Assembly: GCA_963931635.1 (NCBI GenBank)
Contig: OZ007034.1
Location: forward strand, 2,277,506-2,341,505
DNA from: an uncultured Bacteroides sp.
GTDB lineage: Bacteria > Bacteroidota > Bacteroidia > Bacteroidales > UBA11471
Length of the DNA: 64,000 nucleotides
Direction: 5' to 3'
Position 1 is the first letter of the stretch; every line of letters starts with the position of its first letter. Below are positions 17,421-27,955 of the stretch, in pieces. A program made the position numbers and the translations under genes. Below the pieces are notes generated by a model that ran no database searches, was not told where the DNA came from, and saw only the letters and a list, made by a program, of their open reading frames with translations.

Positions 17421-20400
17421 TCAAGAGAGCGAAAGCCATTTATACGACTCTTCGATGCTGTATCCGCGTTCCTGGCAATAGCGCTTGCGTTGTTCGTCGT
17501 CGATGCTTCCGATGTGGAAGTAGGTCGATTGCGGGTGGGCGATGAGCAGCCCCGATACGGTGGCACTGGGATACATGGCACCGTTTTCGGTAACCGTGAC
17601 GCCTATCTTTTTGAAGTCGAGCAGGGCATCGAGCGTGAAGCTGAGCGACTGGTCGGGCAGAGAAGGGTATCCTACGGCCGGACGTATGCCTTGGTAATGC
17701 TGCGACAGGAGCGATGCCACATGAGGTTTCTCCATGGGCATGTATCCCCAGTATCGGGTGCGGATGCGGTAGTGCAGCCATTCGGTGGCGGCTTCGACAA
17801 GTCGGTCGCAGAGCGATTGCAGCAGGAGGGAGGCATAGTGGTCGTCGCTCTGTTTAGATAGTTCGACTTGGCGGTTCAGTTCACGGCTGATGGTTACCAC
17901 GAAGGCACCTGTGTAGTCGGTACGGTTCTCGCTGTTTTCGGGTAGTACAAAATCCGACAGGGCAAAGAATGTTCCCTCGGGTTTCTTTTTTTGTTGCCGC
18001 AGGCACGGTATCGTCGTGTCGCCTTGGGGTGTATGGAGAATAATTTGGTTTCCTCGGCTGTTGGCGGCAAAGATGGCGAAGCGGGCTTGCAGGAACATGT
18101 CGCTCTCATTCTTTTCGAGCCGGTCGAGCCATTCTCCGGCTTCACGAAGAAGCCGGTCGGCTTCTTGCGATTTCAATCGTTCTTCGGTCGTAGCGGTCGA
18201 GGGCAGTTGGGCCTTGCACTGTTCGCAGCTGCAATCGTCGGGGCGGGCATTGCCGGTGAGGCGCCAGGTGTGAAGGAAATATTTCCAGTTGATGAAGGGG
18301 CGTACCTCTTTTATGGTAAGACGTTCCTCTCTGATTTCACCAGTTGCCTGTGGTGCGGTAGGCTTGTAGCCGGCCCAGTCGGCGGCAAAGGCTTGTGCGT
18401 TGGCCTCGGCAAGAGATACCAGCGTGTCGTGCCGGTTCTCGACCGAACGCCGCAGCTCGTCTTGTTCGTGGCGAAGTTCAGCCAGGAATTGCTCGCGTGT
18501 CTGGGGGTTGAGCCACCGGGCGGCAACGACGGGAATCTGCGCGGCATCGCGGGTGTGAATGACCGGACCGCTGTACAGTGGCGCAATTTTTACGGCGGTA
18601 TGCAGTTTCGACGTGGTTGCACCTCCCACCATAAGCGGAATTTTCATGCCGGCCTTTTCCATGGCTTCGGCAATGTGGCACATCTCTTCGAGCGAGGGGG
18701 TGATGAGGCCGCTCACACCGATGATGTCGACATTTTCACGCAAGGCTGTCTCGATGATGGTTTCGGTCGGTACCATGACGCCGAGGTCGATGATGTCGTA
18801 GTTGTTGCAGCCGAGCACCACGGCAACAATGTTTTTCCCGATGTCGTGTACATCGCCCTTGACCGTAGCCAGCAGGAATTTCCCGTTTTTGCGGGTATTC
18901 TCCTGCTGTGTAGGGATATAGGGCTGCAAGATGGCGACGGCCTGTTTCATGGTGCGGGCGCTTTTTACCACCTGTGGCAGGAACATTTTGCCTTCGCCGA
19001 AGAGCTGTCCCACGCGGTTCATGCCCTCCATGAGCGGACCTTCAATGATTTTTACGGCGCTGCCATAGAGCGAGAGAGCCTCGTGCAGGTCGGTTTCGAG
19101 CCGGTCGCCCAAACCTTTTACGAGAGCATATTCAAGCCGTTCGTCGAGAGACATGTTTTCGCGCACGTCGGCGGGCTTGTGCTCCTGGGCGGCTGTCGAT
19201 GTGTTTTTTAGGGTTTCGGCAGCTTCAATGAGTCGTTCGGTAGCATCGGCTCTACGGTTGAAGATGACATCTTCGATGCGTTCGAGCAGGTCGCTGGGAA
19301 TGTCGGCATAGGTAACTGCGGTAGCCGGGTTGACGATGGCCATGTCCATGCCGGCCTGTATGGCGTGAAAGAGGAAGACGGCGTGCATCGCCTCGCGCAG
19401 GTAGTTGTTGCCGCGGAACGAGAAGGAGAGGTTGCTGATGCCTCCACTCACTTTGGCTCCGGGCAGATTTTCTTTGATCCATTTTACGGCACGGATAAAG
19501 TCGATGCCGTAGTTGAGATGCTCTTCAATACCGGTGGCCAGGGCGAGGACGTTGGGGTCAAAGATGATGTCGTCGGGGGCTATGCCGTTGCTTGTGAGTA
19601 ATTCATAGGCACGGCGACAGACCTCGATTTTGCGGTTGTAACTGTCGGCCTGTCCGTTCTCGTCGAAGGCCATGACCACCATGGCTGCACCCAAGCGGTG
19701 TATCTCGCGGACGTGGGCAAGAAAGAGCTCTTCGCCCTCTTTCAGACTGATGGAGTTGACAATGCCTTTCCCCTGCACACATTTCAGTCCGGCCGTGATA
19801 ACAGCCCATTTTGAGGAGTCTATCATGACGGGAACCCGGCAGATGTCGGGTTCCGACGCAATGAGATTCAAGAAGGTTACCATCTCGCTTTGGGCGTCGA
19901 GCATGGCATTGTCCATGTTGATGTCGATGATTTGGGCACCGTTTTCGACCTGTTTACGGGCTATGTCCAGGGCTTCTTCGTAATTCTTTTCCGAGATGAG
20001 ACGCAGGAACTTGCGCGACCCGGCCACGTTGCAACGTTCGCCTATATTGATGAAGTTGTTCTCGGGTAAGACTTTCAGCACTTCCAGTCCCGACAGGTAG
20101 AGCCCGGGCTTGACATGTATCGGCTGATGAGGTGTGGCCTGGACGGCCAGGCGGGCGATGGCGGCGATGTGGGCCGGTGTGGTACCGCAGCAGCCCCCCA
20201 CGATATTGACCAGTGTGTCGTCGAGAAATTCCTCGATTTGTGCTGCCATGGTTTCGGGCGTTTCGTCGTACTGCCCGAATCGGTTGGGTAGTCCGGCGTT
20301 GGGATATGCCGATATGTAATAAGGTGCGGTCTCGGCCAGCTGTTTCAAGAACGGTTTCATGTCGCGTGCGCCGAAAGAGCAGTTCAGCCCCACCGACAGG

Positions 20401-21104
20401 ATGTCGGTATGCTGTACCGAAGCGAGGAAAGCATCCAGTGTCTGTCCCGACAGAGTTCGCCCACCCGTGTCGGAGAGGGTAACCGAGAGCATGACAGGAA
20501 CTTTCCGGCCTTTTTCCTGCATCACTTCATCGGCGGCATAGAGGGCGGCCTTGGCATTTAGTGTATCGAATATGGTCTCGATGAGCAGCACATCGACGCC
20601 CCCGTCGATGAGAGCGGATATCTGTTCCCGGTAGGCTTCGGCAAGGGTGTCGAAGGTCAAGGCGCGGAGTGCGGGGTTGTTGACGTCGGGCGACATCGAG
20701 CAGGTCTTGTTGGTCGGTCCTATCGAGCCGGCCACGAAGCGAGGCTTGTCGGGAGTCTGTGCCGTATATGCGTCGGCCGCTTTGCGGGCGAGGCGTGCCG
20801 CTTCGAAATTTATCTCTGCAACCATATCCTGCATATCGTAGTCGCTCATCGATATGCGGTTGGCATTGAACGAGTTGGTTTCGATAATGTCGGCTCCGGC
20901 AGCGAGGTAGGCCTCGTGTATGGCCGTAATGATTTGTGGCTGGGTAAGGCACAGCAGGTCGTTGTTGCCCTTTTGCAGCGTAGTGGCATGGGAGAACCGT
21001 TGGCCTCTGAAATCGGCTTCGGTGAGCCCGTATTGTTGAATCATGGTGCCCATGGCTCCGTCGAGAATCATGACCCTTTTATCGAGAATTTCGGAAATCT
21101 GCAT
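17421..21104 (-). CDS. metH: cobalamin-dependent methionine synthase
   Basis: [27 protein letters not shown]12-binding [10 protein letters not shown]-terminal reactivation domain (GIRPAVGYP); start trimmed to ATG 21104. Confidence 0.96.
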   Translation of the reverse strand: MQISEILDKRVMILDGAMGTMIQQYGLTEADFRGQRFSHATTLQKGNNDLLCLTQPQIITAIHEAYLAAGADIIETNSFNANRISMSDYDMQDMVAEINFEAARLARKAADAYTAQTPDKPRFVAGSIGPTNKTCSMSPDVNNPALRALTFDTLAEAYREQISALIDGGVDVLLIETIFDTLNAKAALYAADEVMQEKGRKVPVMLSVTLSDTGGRTLSGQTLDAFLASVQHTDILSVGLNCSFGARDMKPFLKQLAETAPYYISAYPNAGLPNRFGQYDETPETMAAQIEEFLDDTLVNIVGGCCGTTPAHIAAIARLAVQATPHQPIHVKPGLYLSGLEVLKVLPENNFINIGERCNVAGSRKFLRLISEKNYEEALDIARKQVENGAQIIDINMDNAMLDAQSEMVTFLNLIASEPDICRVPVMIDSSKWAVITAGLKCVQGKGIVNSISLKEGEELFLAHVREIHRLGAAMVVMAFDENGQADSYNRKIEVCRRAYELLTSNGIAPDDIIFDPNVLALATGIEEHLNYGIDFIRAVKWIKENLPGAKVSGGISNLSFSFRGNNYLREAMHAVFLFHAIQAGMDMAIVNPATAVTYADIPSDLLERIEDVIFNRRADATERLIEAAETLKNTSTAAQEHKPADVRENMSLDERLEYALVKGLGDRLETDLHEALSLYGSAVKIIEGPLMEGMNRVGQLFGEGKMFLPQVVKSARTMKQAVAILQPYIPTQQENTRKNGKFLLATVKGDVHDIGKNIVAVVLGCNNYDIIDLGVMVPTETIIETALRENVDIIGVSGLITPSLEEMCHIAEAMEKAGMKIPLMVGGATTSKLHTAVKIAPLYSGPVIHTRDAAQIPVVAARWLNPQTREQFLAELRHEQDELRRSVENRHDTLVSLAEANAQAFAADWAGYKPTAPQATGEIREERLTIKEVRPFINWKYFLHTWRLTGNARPDDCSCEQCKAQLPSTATTEERLKSQEADRLLREAGEWLDRLEKNESDMFLQARFAIFAANSRGNQIILHTPQGDTTIPCLRQQKKKPEGTFFALSDFVLPENSENRTDYTGAFVVTISRELNRQVELSKQSDDHYASLLLQSLCDRLVEAATEWLHYRIRTRYWGYMPMEKPHVASLLSQHYQGIRPAVGYPSLPDQSLSFTLDALLDFKKIGVTVTENGAMYPSATVSGLLIAHPQSTYFHIGSIDDEQRKRYCQERGYSIEESYKWLSLS

Positions 21105-21125
21105 CACAAAATAAAAATATACAGA

Positions 21126-21133
21126 CAAAGGTA
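21126..21133 (-). promoter_or_regulatory. -7 promoter box for metH
   Basis: TACCTTTG on minus strand. Confidence 0.6.
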
Positions 21134-21241
21134 ATAAAAAAGAGAAATTAGGGGCGAATAATGTGAAAATATTGAATTATCGTTGATTTTCTCCTTATAT
21201 TTACACTCCGAAAATATGTATTTAAAGAGACGTACAGAATT

Positions 21242-21838
21242 ATGTACAGAAAGTTGGCATATATGGTAGCTATGTGTCTGTGCATGTGTGCCGGAGAATT
21301 GGTAGCGCAGGGTAAGGCGACAAATCGTGTCTATATCTCCAAACCATCGATGGAACTTACCGTTTACGACCGAGACAATCGCGTATTGATGCGCTGTGCC
21401 ATCGGGTGTGGAAAGGTACGTGGCAACAAGCAGAAGAGTGGTGACAACCGTACGCCCGAGGGTGAATTTCCCATTATTCAGATACAGAACTCTTCGTATT
21501 GGGCTCATGATTTCGGCGACGGGAAAGGCCTCATACAAGAGGCATATGGACCTTATTTTATCCGGTTGGGTGTAAGCGGTTTTTCAGGCATTGGTATCCA
21601 TGGCACCTGTTTCCCCGAGTCGATAGGAACCCGTTGCAGCGAAGGGTGCATACGCCTGCATAACGACGATGTGAAGCGACTGGTACAACTTGTTGCCGTA
21701 GGTTCCATGGTCACTATCGAGAGCGATGCTGATAGAAAATTGACGGAGTTGAGTTGTCAAAGAATTTCGTTTGTGCAACCAAAGATAAATATCAGTCGTT
21801 ATAATATAAGAACAATTCCGTTATGGACGATAAGGTAG
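21242..21838 (+). CDS. L,D-transpeptidase (YkuD family)
   Basis: Signal peptide, TPEG, GIGIHGT..SEGCIRL. Confidence 0.88.
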   Translation: MYRKLAYMVAMCLCMCAGELVAQGKATNRVYISKPSMELTVYDRDNRVLMRCAIGCGKVRGNKQKSGDNRTPEGEFPIIQIQNSSYWAHDFGDGKGLIQEAYGPYFIRLGVSGFSGIGIHGTCFPESIGTRCSEGCIRLHNDDVKRLVQLVAVGSMVTIESDADRKLTELSCQRISFVQPKINISRYNIRTIPLWTIR

Positions 21839-22431
21839 CGTTGAATGTTTTGGGAATAACCTATAACAGAGAACAGCCAGAAACCTATATACTCATCATG
21901 GTAGAAGAAGGCGGTGTGCGTCAAATCCCAATTGCCATAAGATTGGCCGAGGCTCAGTCTATCATGGCATTTATACAGAGGGTTGTACCTCGGCGGCCGC
22001 TCACGCACGATTTGTTCTCATCGTTATCCAGGGCTTTTGGTATAGAGTTGCGGGAGGTTTTCATATATCATTATGAGGCCGGTATTTTCTCGACCGAAAT
22101 GATTTTTGATAATGGAGAAAGAGAAGTTCATATTGATGCGCGGGCTTCAGATGCCATAGCTTTGGCCATGCGTTTGCATGCACCCATATTCACCACCTAT
22201 TCTGTTTTGGAAAGTGCGGGGATAACACCCGAACCCATAGATATTTCATCGCCTTCATCAGCTTATGAAGATGATGTGACCCCTCTTAAAAAGTTTACCA
22301 TTGAGTCGTATAGTACCGATGAGTTGAGACGGTGTTTGCAGCAAGCTATCGATAAAGAGGCGTATGAAAAGGCCGCTCGCATACAGCAGGAGTTGAAACG
22401 ACGAGAAGAAAGTGATTCGCCTTTAACTTAA
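21823..22431 (+). CDS. bifunctional nuclease (DUF151) with C-terminal UvrB/C motif
   Basis: RPLTHDL, DARASDAIALA, EAYEKAARIQ. Confidence 0.88.
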   Translation: MDDKVALNVLGITYNREQPETYILIMVEEGGVRQIPIAIRLAEAQSIMAFIQRVVPRRPLTHDLFSSLSRAFGIELREVFIYHYEAGIFSTEMIFDNGEREVHIDARASDAIALAMRLHAPIFTTYSVLESAGITPEPIDISSPSSAYEDDVTPLKKFTIESYSTDELRRCLQQAIDKEAYEKAARIQQELKRREESDSPLT

Positions 22432-22512
22432 ATCCTAAACCGTAGTCAACGCATCTCGTCTTTTTATTGACTTGTATTTTCGGTTCTATTTAATATATCG
22501 GCACTAATTTAT

Positions 22513-22520
22513 TACCTTTG
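22513..22520 (+). promoter_or_regulatory. -7 promoter box for rsmE-kdsA
   Basis: TACCTTTG. Confidence 0.6.
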
Positions 22521-22587
22521 CGCAGTGGCCTCATGGCTGTCGAGTGAAAGTCCAAATCAGGCTCATCGATTCAAGCAACAGAGAAAA

Positions 22588-23295
22588 ATGCATATATTTT
22601 ATACCCCGGATATTGCTGCTACGGGCGAACTACCCGAAGAGGAGTCGCATCACAGTGTGAAGGTGTTGCGCCTTTCCGAAGGCGATGAGGTGATGCTCGC
22701 CGACGGTGCCGGAACCTTTTACCGGGCTGTCATAACCCTGGCGCACCCTAAACATTGTGCCGTCGATATTGTTGAGACCATTCCTGCACCGCCGTCGTGG
22801 GGCTTCAAACTGCACCTTGCCGTGGCACCCACCAAAAACCTTGATCGCATGGAGTGGCTTGTAGAGAAATGTACCGAAATAGGAGTCGATATTATTACGC
22901 CCCTACTTTGCCGCTATTCCGAGAGAAAGGAATTGAAAACCGATCGATTGCGAAAAATTGCCGTCTCGGCCATGAAGCAGTCGCTCAAAGCGGTATGTCC
23001 CGTCGTCGAGGAGATGACTGATTTCCGACGTTTCGTCGAACGCCCCTTCGATGGAGATAAATATATTGCCCATTGCGGCGAAGGCGTGCGGGTGTTGCTG
23101 ACAGACCTTTACCACCCGGGGCACAATGCTCTCGTATTGATAGGGCCCGAAGGCGATTTCAGCCCCGAAGAGGTGACGTGTGCTCTTGCCAATGGATTCC
23201 GTCCCATATCATTGGGTGATAGTCGATTGCGTACCGAAACGGCCGGCATGGTTGCCTGCCATACTCTCCATGTGATAAATATGATGAAAAAATAA
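22588..23295 (+). CDS. rsmE: 16S rRNA m3U1498 methyltransferase
   Basis: HSVKVLR, EKCTEIG, IGPEGDF, LRTETAG; start trimmed to ATG 22588. Confidence 0.94.
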   Translation: MHIFYTPDIAATGELPEEESHHSVKVLRLSEGDEVMLADGAGTFYRAVITLAHPKHCAVDIVETIPAPPSWGFKLHLAVAPTKNLDRMEWLVEKCTEIGVDIITPLLCRYSERKELKTDRLRKIAVSAMKQSLKAVCPVVEEMTDFRRFVERPFDGDKYIAHCGEGVRVLLTDLYHPGHNALVLIGPEGDFSPEEVTCALANGFRPISLGDSRLRTETAGMVACHTLHVINMMKK

Positions 23296-23313
23296 TTACC
23301 TAAAAAGATAGTT

Positions 23314-24135
23314 ATGTATCCCCAACTCGAACAACTGAAACATACCGATTCACATCTCTTCTTCCTCATGGCTGGGCCGTGTGTCATTGAAGGTGAAGAG
23401 ATGGCTATGCGCATAGCCGAGACAATTGTGAAAATTACCGACAAGTGGAATATCCCCTATATATTCAAAGGTTCGTACCGTAAGGCCAACCGTTCACGTT
23501 TCGACTCCTTTACCGGTATCGGCGATGAAAAGGCGTTGCGCATCCTGCACAAGGTACATGAGACATTTGATGTACCGGTGGTAACCGATATTCACACGGC
23601 CGATGAGGCCGCCATGGCAGCCGAGTATGTCGATGTGTTGCAGATTCCCGCCTTTTTGTGCCGGCAGACCGACCTGCTTGTGGCCGCTGCCCGCACCGGG
23701 AAAACGGTCAACATCAAGAAAGGTCAGTTCCTTTCGCCCGAAGCCATGCAGTTTGCCGCCGGTAAAATTGTGGAGTCGGGTAACAGTCATGTCATGCTTA
23801 CTGAGCGGGGTACAACCTTTGGCTATCAGGACCTCATCGTCGACTATCGGGGAATACCTCAGATGCAGAGTTTCGGTTTCCCTGTCGTTCTCGATGTAAC
23901 CCATTCGTTGCAGCAACCCAACCAGACAAGCGGTGTAACCGGTGGTGTGCCGCGACTCATCGAGACCATTGCCCGCGCCGGCATAGCCGTAGGGGTTGAC
24001 GGGCTGTTTATGGAGACTCATCCCGAGCCTTCCAAGGCGAAATCCGATGGTGCCAACATGCTTCCGCTTCACCGGCTGGATTCATTGTTGGGCCGTTTGG
24101 TGGCTTTGCGTCAGGTTGTCGACACGTTTGCATAA
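23314..24135 (+). CDS. kdsA: KDO-8-phosphate synthase
   Basis: AGPCVIE, KANRS, QIPAFLCRQT, NIKKGQF, DVTHSLQ. Confidence 0.96.
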   Translation: MYPQLEQLKHTDSHLFFLMAGPCVIEGEEMAMRIAETIVKITDKWNIPYIFKGSYRKANRSRFDSFTGIGDEKALRILHKVHETFDVPVVTDIHTADEAAMAAEYVDVLQIPAFLCRQTDLLVAAARTGKTVNIKKGQFLSPEAMQFAAGKIVESGNSHVMLTERGTTFGYQDLIVDYRGIPQMQSFGFPVVLDVTHSLQQPNQTSGVTGGVPRLIETIARAGIAVGVDGLFMETHPEPSKAKSDGANMLPLHRLDSLLGRLVALRQVVDTFA

Positions 24136-24145
24136 AAATAGAAAC

Positions 24146-24916
24146 ATGGTTCTTTATTTCTCGGCAACAGGAAATTCACGTTGGGTAGCACGGCAGTTGG
24201 CCGATATCTTCGGACTGTCGTGCCGGTCGGTGTCTCCGGCCGATGAATCGGCTTTGCAAGCGAAAGTCTTTTTGCCCGATGAGCCACTCTTTCTGGTCTT
24301 TCCCGTACATTCATGGGGGCCGGCAGCTCCTATGTTTGATTTTATCCGGCAGATGTCGTTAGACGGATATGAGGGACAGCCGGTCTATGCCGTATGTGTG
24401 TGCGGCGATGATTGTGGGCACGCCGACAGAATCGTTGCCAAACAGTTCCGCCGCAGAGGGGTGGTTTTGACGTCGGCCTTTTCGGTGCAGATGCCCAATA
24501 ACTATATTCTCTTGCCCGGTTTCGATGTAGACTCTCCGGCTGTTGAAGAGGAAAAATTGTCTGCGGCTTCGGCACGTGTGCAAGAGATTGCCGATGCGGT
24601 AAGAACGGGTGGGGGGCACAGGCTCTATTTCTCCGGAAAATGGCCCGCGTTGAAGAGTGTGCTTTACCCGATGTTTATAAAGTATGCCCGTTCGCAGAAT
24701 CGGTTTTATGCAACCGATGCCTGCATCAGATGCGGAAAGTGTATCCGGCTATGCCCGGCCGGAGTGATAACCGCCGATGCGACCGGTCGGCCGCAATGGC
24801 AGAAGAAAGGGTGCGTGCAGTGCCTCGCCTGCATACATCGTTGTCCTTGCAGGGCCATAGAGTATGGTCGTATATCGGAACATAAGGGGCGCTATCATCA
24901 CCCCGATTGTCCTTGA
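24146..24916 (+). CDS. EFR1-family flavodoxin/4Fe-4S ferredoxin
   Basis: YFSATGNS flavodoxin loop plus two CxxCxxCxxxCP motifs; start trimmed to ATG 24146. Confidence 0.88.
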   Translation: MVLYFSATGNSRWVARQLADIFGLSCRSVSPADESALQAKVFLPDEPLFLVFPVHSWGPAAPMFDFIRQMSLDGYEGQPVYAVCVCGDDCGHADRIVAKQFRRRGVVLTSAFSVQMPNNYILLPGFDVDSPAVEEEKLSAASARVQEIADAVRTGGGHRLYFSGKWPALKSVLYPMFIKYARSQNRFYATDACIRCGKCIRLCPAGVITADATGRPQWQKKGCVQCLACIHRCPCRAIEYGRISEHKGRYHHPDCP

Positions 24917-24966
24917 CCGTTACTCTTAATGGGCTAATCTGGAAGATAAAAATTTTGTTTGGAGTT

Positions 24967-25605
24967 TTATTTCTCGATTATTTCTTCGGCCGTATGTCCC
25001 GTGAAATTATCGATAACGACGTCGGCAAGCGTAGCGACTTTTTCTGCCGGGAGTGTCGTTGCCACACCCACGACTGTCATGCCTCCCGCGCGACCGGCTT
25101 GCAGGCCGGCCAGTGAATCTTCAAACACAAAAGCGTTTTCCGGCGCCACATTCAACCGTTTTGCGGCCAGCAGGTACCCTTCGGGGTCGGGTTTGGACCG
25201 GGTGATATCATCAGCCGAAACGACCGTGTCAAAAAATTCTCGAAGATCGGGGTGAGCTTTCCACAAACTATTTAACTTTTCGTTATCGGAGCTAGTGACA
25301 ATGGCTGTGCCGATACCGGCTTTGCGCACACTGTCTAGAAATTCCCGTATGCCAGGTATCAAGTCGAAACGCATGGCTTTTTCCCAGGCCAGGAGGTCTG
25401 TTGCGATTTTTGCCTGCCACTCTTTGTGGTCGGCAAAGAACCGGTCGAATATTTGTCGCAGTGTGTTCCCTTTTATTTTCATGCCGAAATGATCGGTGTC
25501 GTGTAGAAGTTCACTACCTATTTTGTCCCAAAAAATACTGTATTGAGGTTCGGTATCGACGATGACTCCGTCGAGATCGAAAAGAAAAGCCACACGTTTA
25601 TTCAT
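24967..25605 (-). CDS. HAD-family phosphatase (beta-PGM-like)
   Basis: FDLDGVIVDT, KPDPE, FEDS. Confidence 0.9.
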   Translation of the reverse strand: MNKRVAFLFDLDGVIVDTEPQYSIFWDKIGSELLHDTDHFGMKIKGNTLRQIFDRFFADHKEWQAKIATDLLAWEKAMRFDLIPGIREFLDSVRKAGIGTAIVTSSDNEKLNSLWKAHPDLREFFDTVVSADDITRSKPDPEGYLLAAKRLNVAPENAFVFEDSLAGLQAGRAGGMTVVGVATTLPAEKVATLADVVIDNFTGHTAEEIIEK

Positions 25606-25670
25606 CAGAATATTGTATTAGTTTAACGCCGCAAAGGAAATAAAAATAGGCCGACTACACAAATAATTGT

Positions 25671-25678
25671 TACCTTTG
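25671..25678 (+). promoter_or_regulatory. -7 promoter box for the MATE gene
   Basis: TACCTTTG. Confidence 0.6.
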
Positions 25679-25710
25679 CAGTCGTTAAAGGAATTAAAAG
25701 AAAATATTGT

Positions 25711-27072
25711 ATGCCGAGTAATCAGTCCCCTCAGATTTTGGGTACGGCGCCTATCGGTAAGTTGCTGGTAGAGTATTCTTTACCTGCGATTATTGCCATG
25801 ACTGTCGTATCGTTGTACAACGTCATCGACAGTATATTTATCGGCCATGGAGTGGGAGCCATGGCAATAGCCGGTCTTGCCATTACATTCCCGCTGATGA
25901 ATCTGATTATTGCTTTTTGTACCCTTGTTGGTGTGGGCAGTGCAACAATAAGTTCTATTTTCATGGGGCAGAAAGATGTGCAACGAGCTACCTTGGTTTT
26001 GCACAATGCCACCATACTGTTGTTGGTGAACGGTATATTGGTCACCATCGTAACACTTATCTTTCTCGATCCCATACTGCTGTTTTTCGGAGCAAGTCAC
26101 GAAACATTGCCTTATGCCCGAGATTTCATGCAGGTTATACTGTTTGCCAACCCCATAGCCTATCTGTTTGTGGGATTGAACAATCTCATGAGGGCAACAG
26201 GATATCCGCGGAAAGCCATGCTCTCTTCGTTTCTTACCGTTGCTGTCAACATAGTGGCAGCACCTATATTCATATTCCTTTTCAAATGGGGGATACGGGG
26301 TGCAGCTTGGGCAACGGCCTTGGCTCAGTTGACAGGCTTGATTTGGGTCTTGTCTCACTTTTTGAACAAAAGCAACTACATCTCTTTTACAAGAGGGTAT
26401 TTCAAGTTGCGTCGACGCATTATTGCCTCCATTTTGGGAATAGGAATGTCTCCATTTCTCATGAATGCCTGTTCGTGTATAGTGGTGATTATTATCAATA
26501 CCTCGTTGCAGAATTACGGAGGCGATATGGCGATAGGGGCGTACGGTATTGTCAATCGCATGTTGACTCTCTTCCTGATGGTGGTTTTGGGATTGACGCA
26601 GGGCATGCAGCCTATTATCGGGTATAATTATGGTGCCAATCGCTTTGATAGGGTAAAGCAGACGTTACATTATGGACTGATTTTTGGAGGGTGCATTACG
26701 ACACTGGGTTTTCTGGCTAATGAACTGATGCCCGGTGTGATTGTAAGTTTCTTTACCGACAGTCCTGAGTTGCTCGAGGTTTCTCGCAACGGGTTGCGTA
26801 TCATGAGTGCCGCATTCTTTATTGTGGGTTTGCAGATTGTGATTACTCAGTTTTTCCAGTCGATAGGAAAGTCTCAGATATCCATCTTCCTTTCCTTGTC
26901 GCGTCAATTGTTGTTTTTGATACCTTGCTTGCTGATATTACCCCGTTACTATGGTACCGATGGCGTGTGGTGGAGTATTCCCGTTGCCGATGTGGTGGCC
27001 TTTATTGTTGCTGTGGTAGCCATATTGCGTCACATACATAAGATGACCAAGAAGCAGACGATTCTTTCTTAG
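25711..27072 (+). CDS. MATE family efflux transporter
   Basis: About 12 TM segments, YNVIDSIFIG, GIRGAAWAT, QPIIGYNYGA. Confidence 0.92.
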   Translation: MPSNQSPQILGTAPIGKLLVEYSLPAIIAMTVVSLYNVIDSIFIGHGVGAMAIAGLAITFPLMNLIIAFCTLVGVGSATISSIFMGQKDVQRATLVLHNATILLLVNGILVTIVTLIFLDPILLFFGASHETLPYARDFMQVILFANPIAYLFVGLNNLMRATGYPRKAMLSSFLTVAVNIVAAPIFIFLFKWGIRGAAWATALAQLTGLIWVLSHFLNKSNYISFTRGYFKLRRRIIASILGIGMSPFLMNACSCIVVIIINTSLQNYGGDMAIGAYGIVNRMLTLFLMVVLGLTQGMQPIIGYNYGANRFDRVKQTLHYGLIFGGCITTLGFLANELMPGVIVSFFTDSPELLEVSRNGLRIMSAAFFIVGLQIVITQFFQSIGKSQISIFLSLSRQLLFLIPCLLILPRYYGTDGVWWSIPVADVVAFIVAVVAILRHIHKMTKKQTILS

Positions 27073-27182
27073 TGCAGTAAAGATGTCTGTATGGAACCTC
27101 TCTTTGGGCTTTTTCATCAAAGATGAAAACGGTGAAAAGAAGTCAAGTTTGAGTTTGTAGTGACAGTAGACCGATGAAATAC

Positions 27183-27222
27183 TAATGGGCGGTTCGATAA
27201 TTTAAAATCGAACCGCCCATTA
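27183..27222. terminator. 16-bp inverted repeat between convergent genes
   Basis: TAATGGGCGGTTCGAT..ATCGAACCGCCCATTA. Confidence 0.7.
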
Positions 27223-27246
27223 CATTTATAGACTTTTTGTGCCTTT

Positions 27247-27945
27247 TTACTTGATATGAAACATATAGGCGATAGCCGCTGAAATCTGTTGATGGGCCGA
27301 GGCCGAGAAATAGGCATCTTTGCCTTTGCTGTTCTCGAAAAAGTCGTTCAGACCGTAATAGTAACGACCTTCGAGAATGATGCTGTGTTTTTTCAGTTTG
27401 AGTTCCAGTCCAAGGCCTGCCGTTATGCCGTAATCAAATTTTGTCTTGATAGGTTCGAGATATTGACCCGTTTCCCAGCTTTCCGAGAAGTTGGGTAGGT
27501 CGTAAATGTCGAAATTGGAGGTGTAGTTGTCGGAGATGTAAAAACCTATTTGCGGCCCCATGTTGATAAAGAAACGTATAGGTTCGTTTCCGAAAAAGAT
27601 ATGGGAGAGCATGGCTGCCGTGATGTAGTTCATCGTATGGCTGTATGCGTAGGTATTTGGGTTCTGCCGCGAGAAATCTTCATTCCATCCGAATTGTGCA
27701 AAATTGACTTCGCCGATGATTCCGAAATATTTTTCTTCGATGTAGCGTACCGATGCTCCGGCCGTTATGCCGGTAAGGTATTTTTCTCGCACCGATGGCC
27801 GGAAATTGACTTTCGACAAGGTCGCGCCACCTTTGACGCCGATAGAGAGCGCACGGTATTGATTGTTGCGCCGTTGTGCTTCTGTAGGTAAGGAGAGTGA
27901 GAGAAGAATGACCGAAAGCAGTGTGAGATGAAATAGCTTTTTCAT
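27247..27945 (-). CDS. outer-membrane beta-barrel (porin-family) protein
   Basis: Signal peptide, IGVKGG, amphipathic beta strands, EGRYYYGL. Confidence 0.8.
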   Translation of the reverse strand: MKKLFHLTLLSVILLSLSLPTEAQRRNNQYRALSIGVKGGATLSKVNFRPSVREKYLTGITAGASVRYIEEKYFGIIGEVNFAQFGWNEDFSRQNPNTYAYSHTMNYITAAMLSHIFFGNEPIRFFINMGPQIGFYISDNYTSNFDIYDLPNFSESWETGQYLEPIKTKFDYGITAGLGLELKLKKHSIILEGRYYYGLNDFFENSKGKDAYFSASAHQQISAAIAYMFHIK

Positions 27946-27955
27946 AAGAAATAGG

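Noticed and set aside
21105-21241. Cobalamin or SAM riboswitch upstream of metH
   Set aside because: The -7 box is only about 20 nt from the start codon and no aptamer consensus is visible
22521-22587. Structured RNA in the rsmE leader
   Set aside because: Only a weak G-U-rich hairpin; no recognisable family
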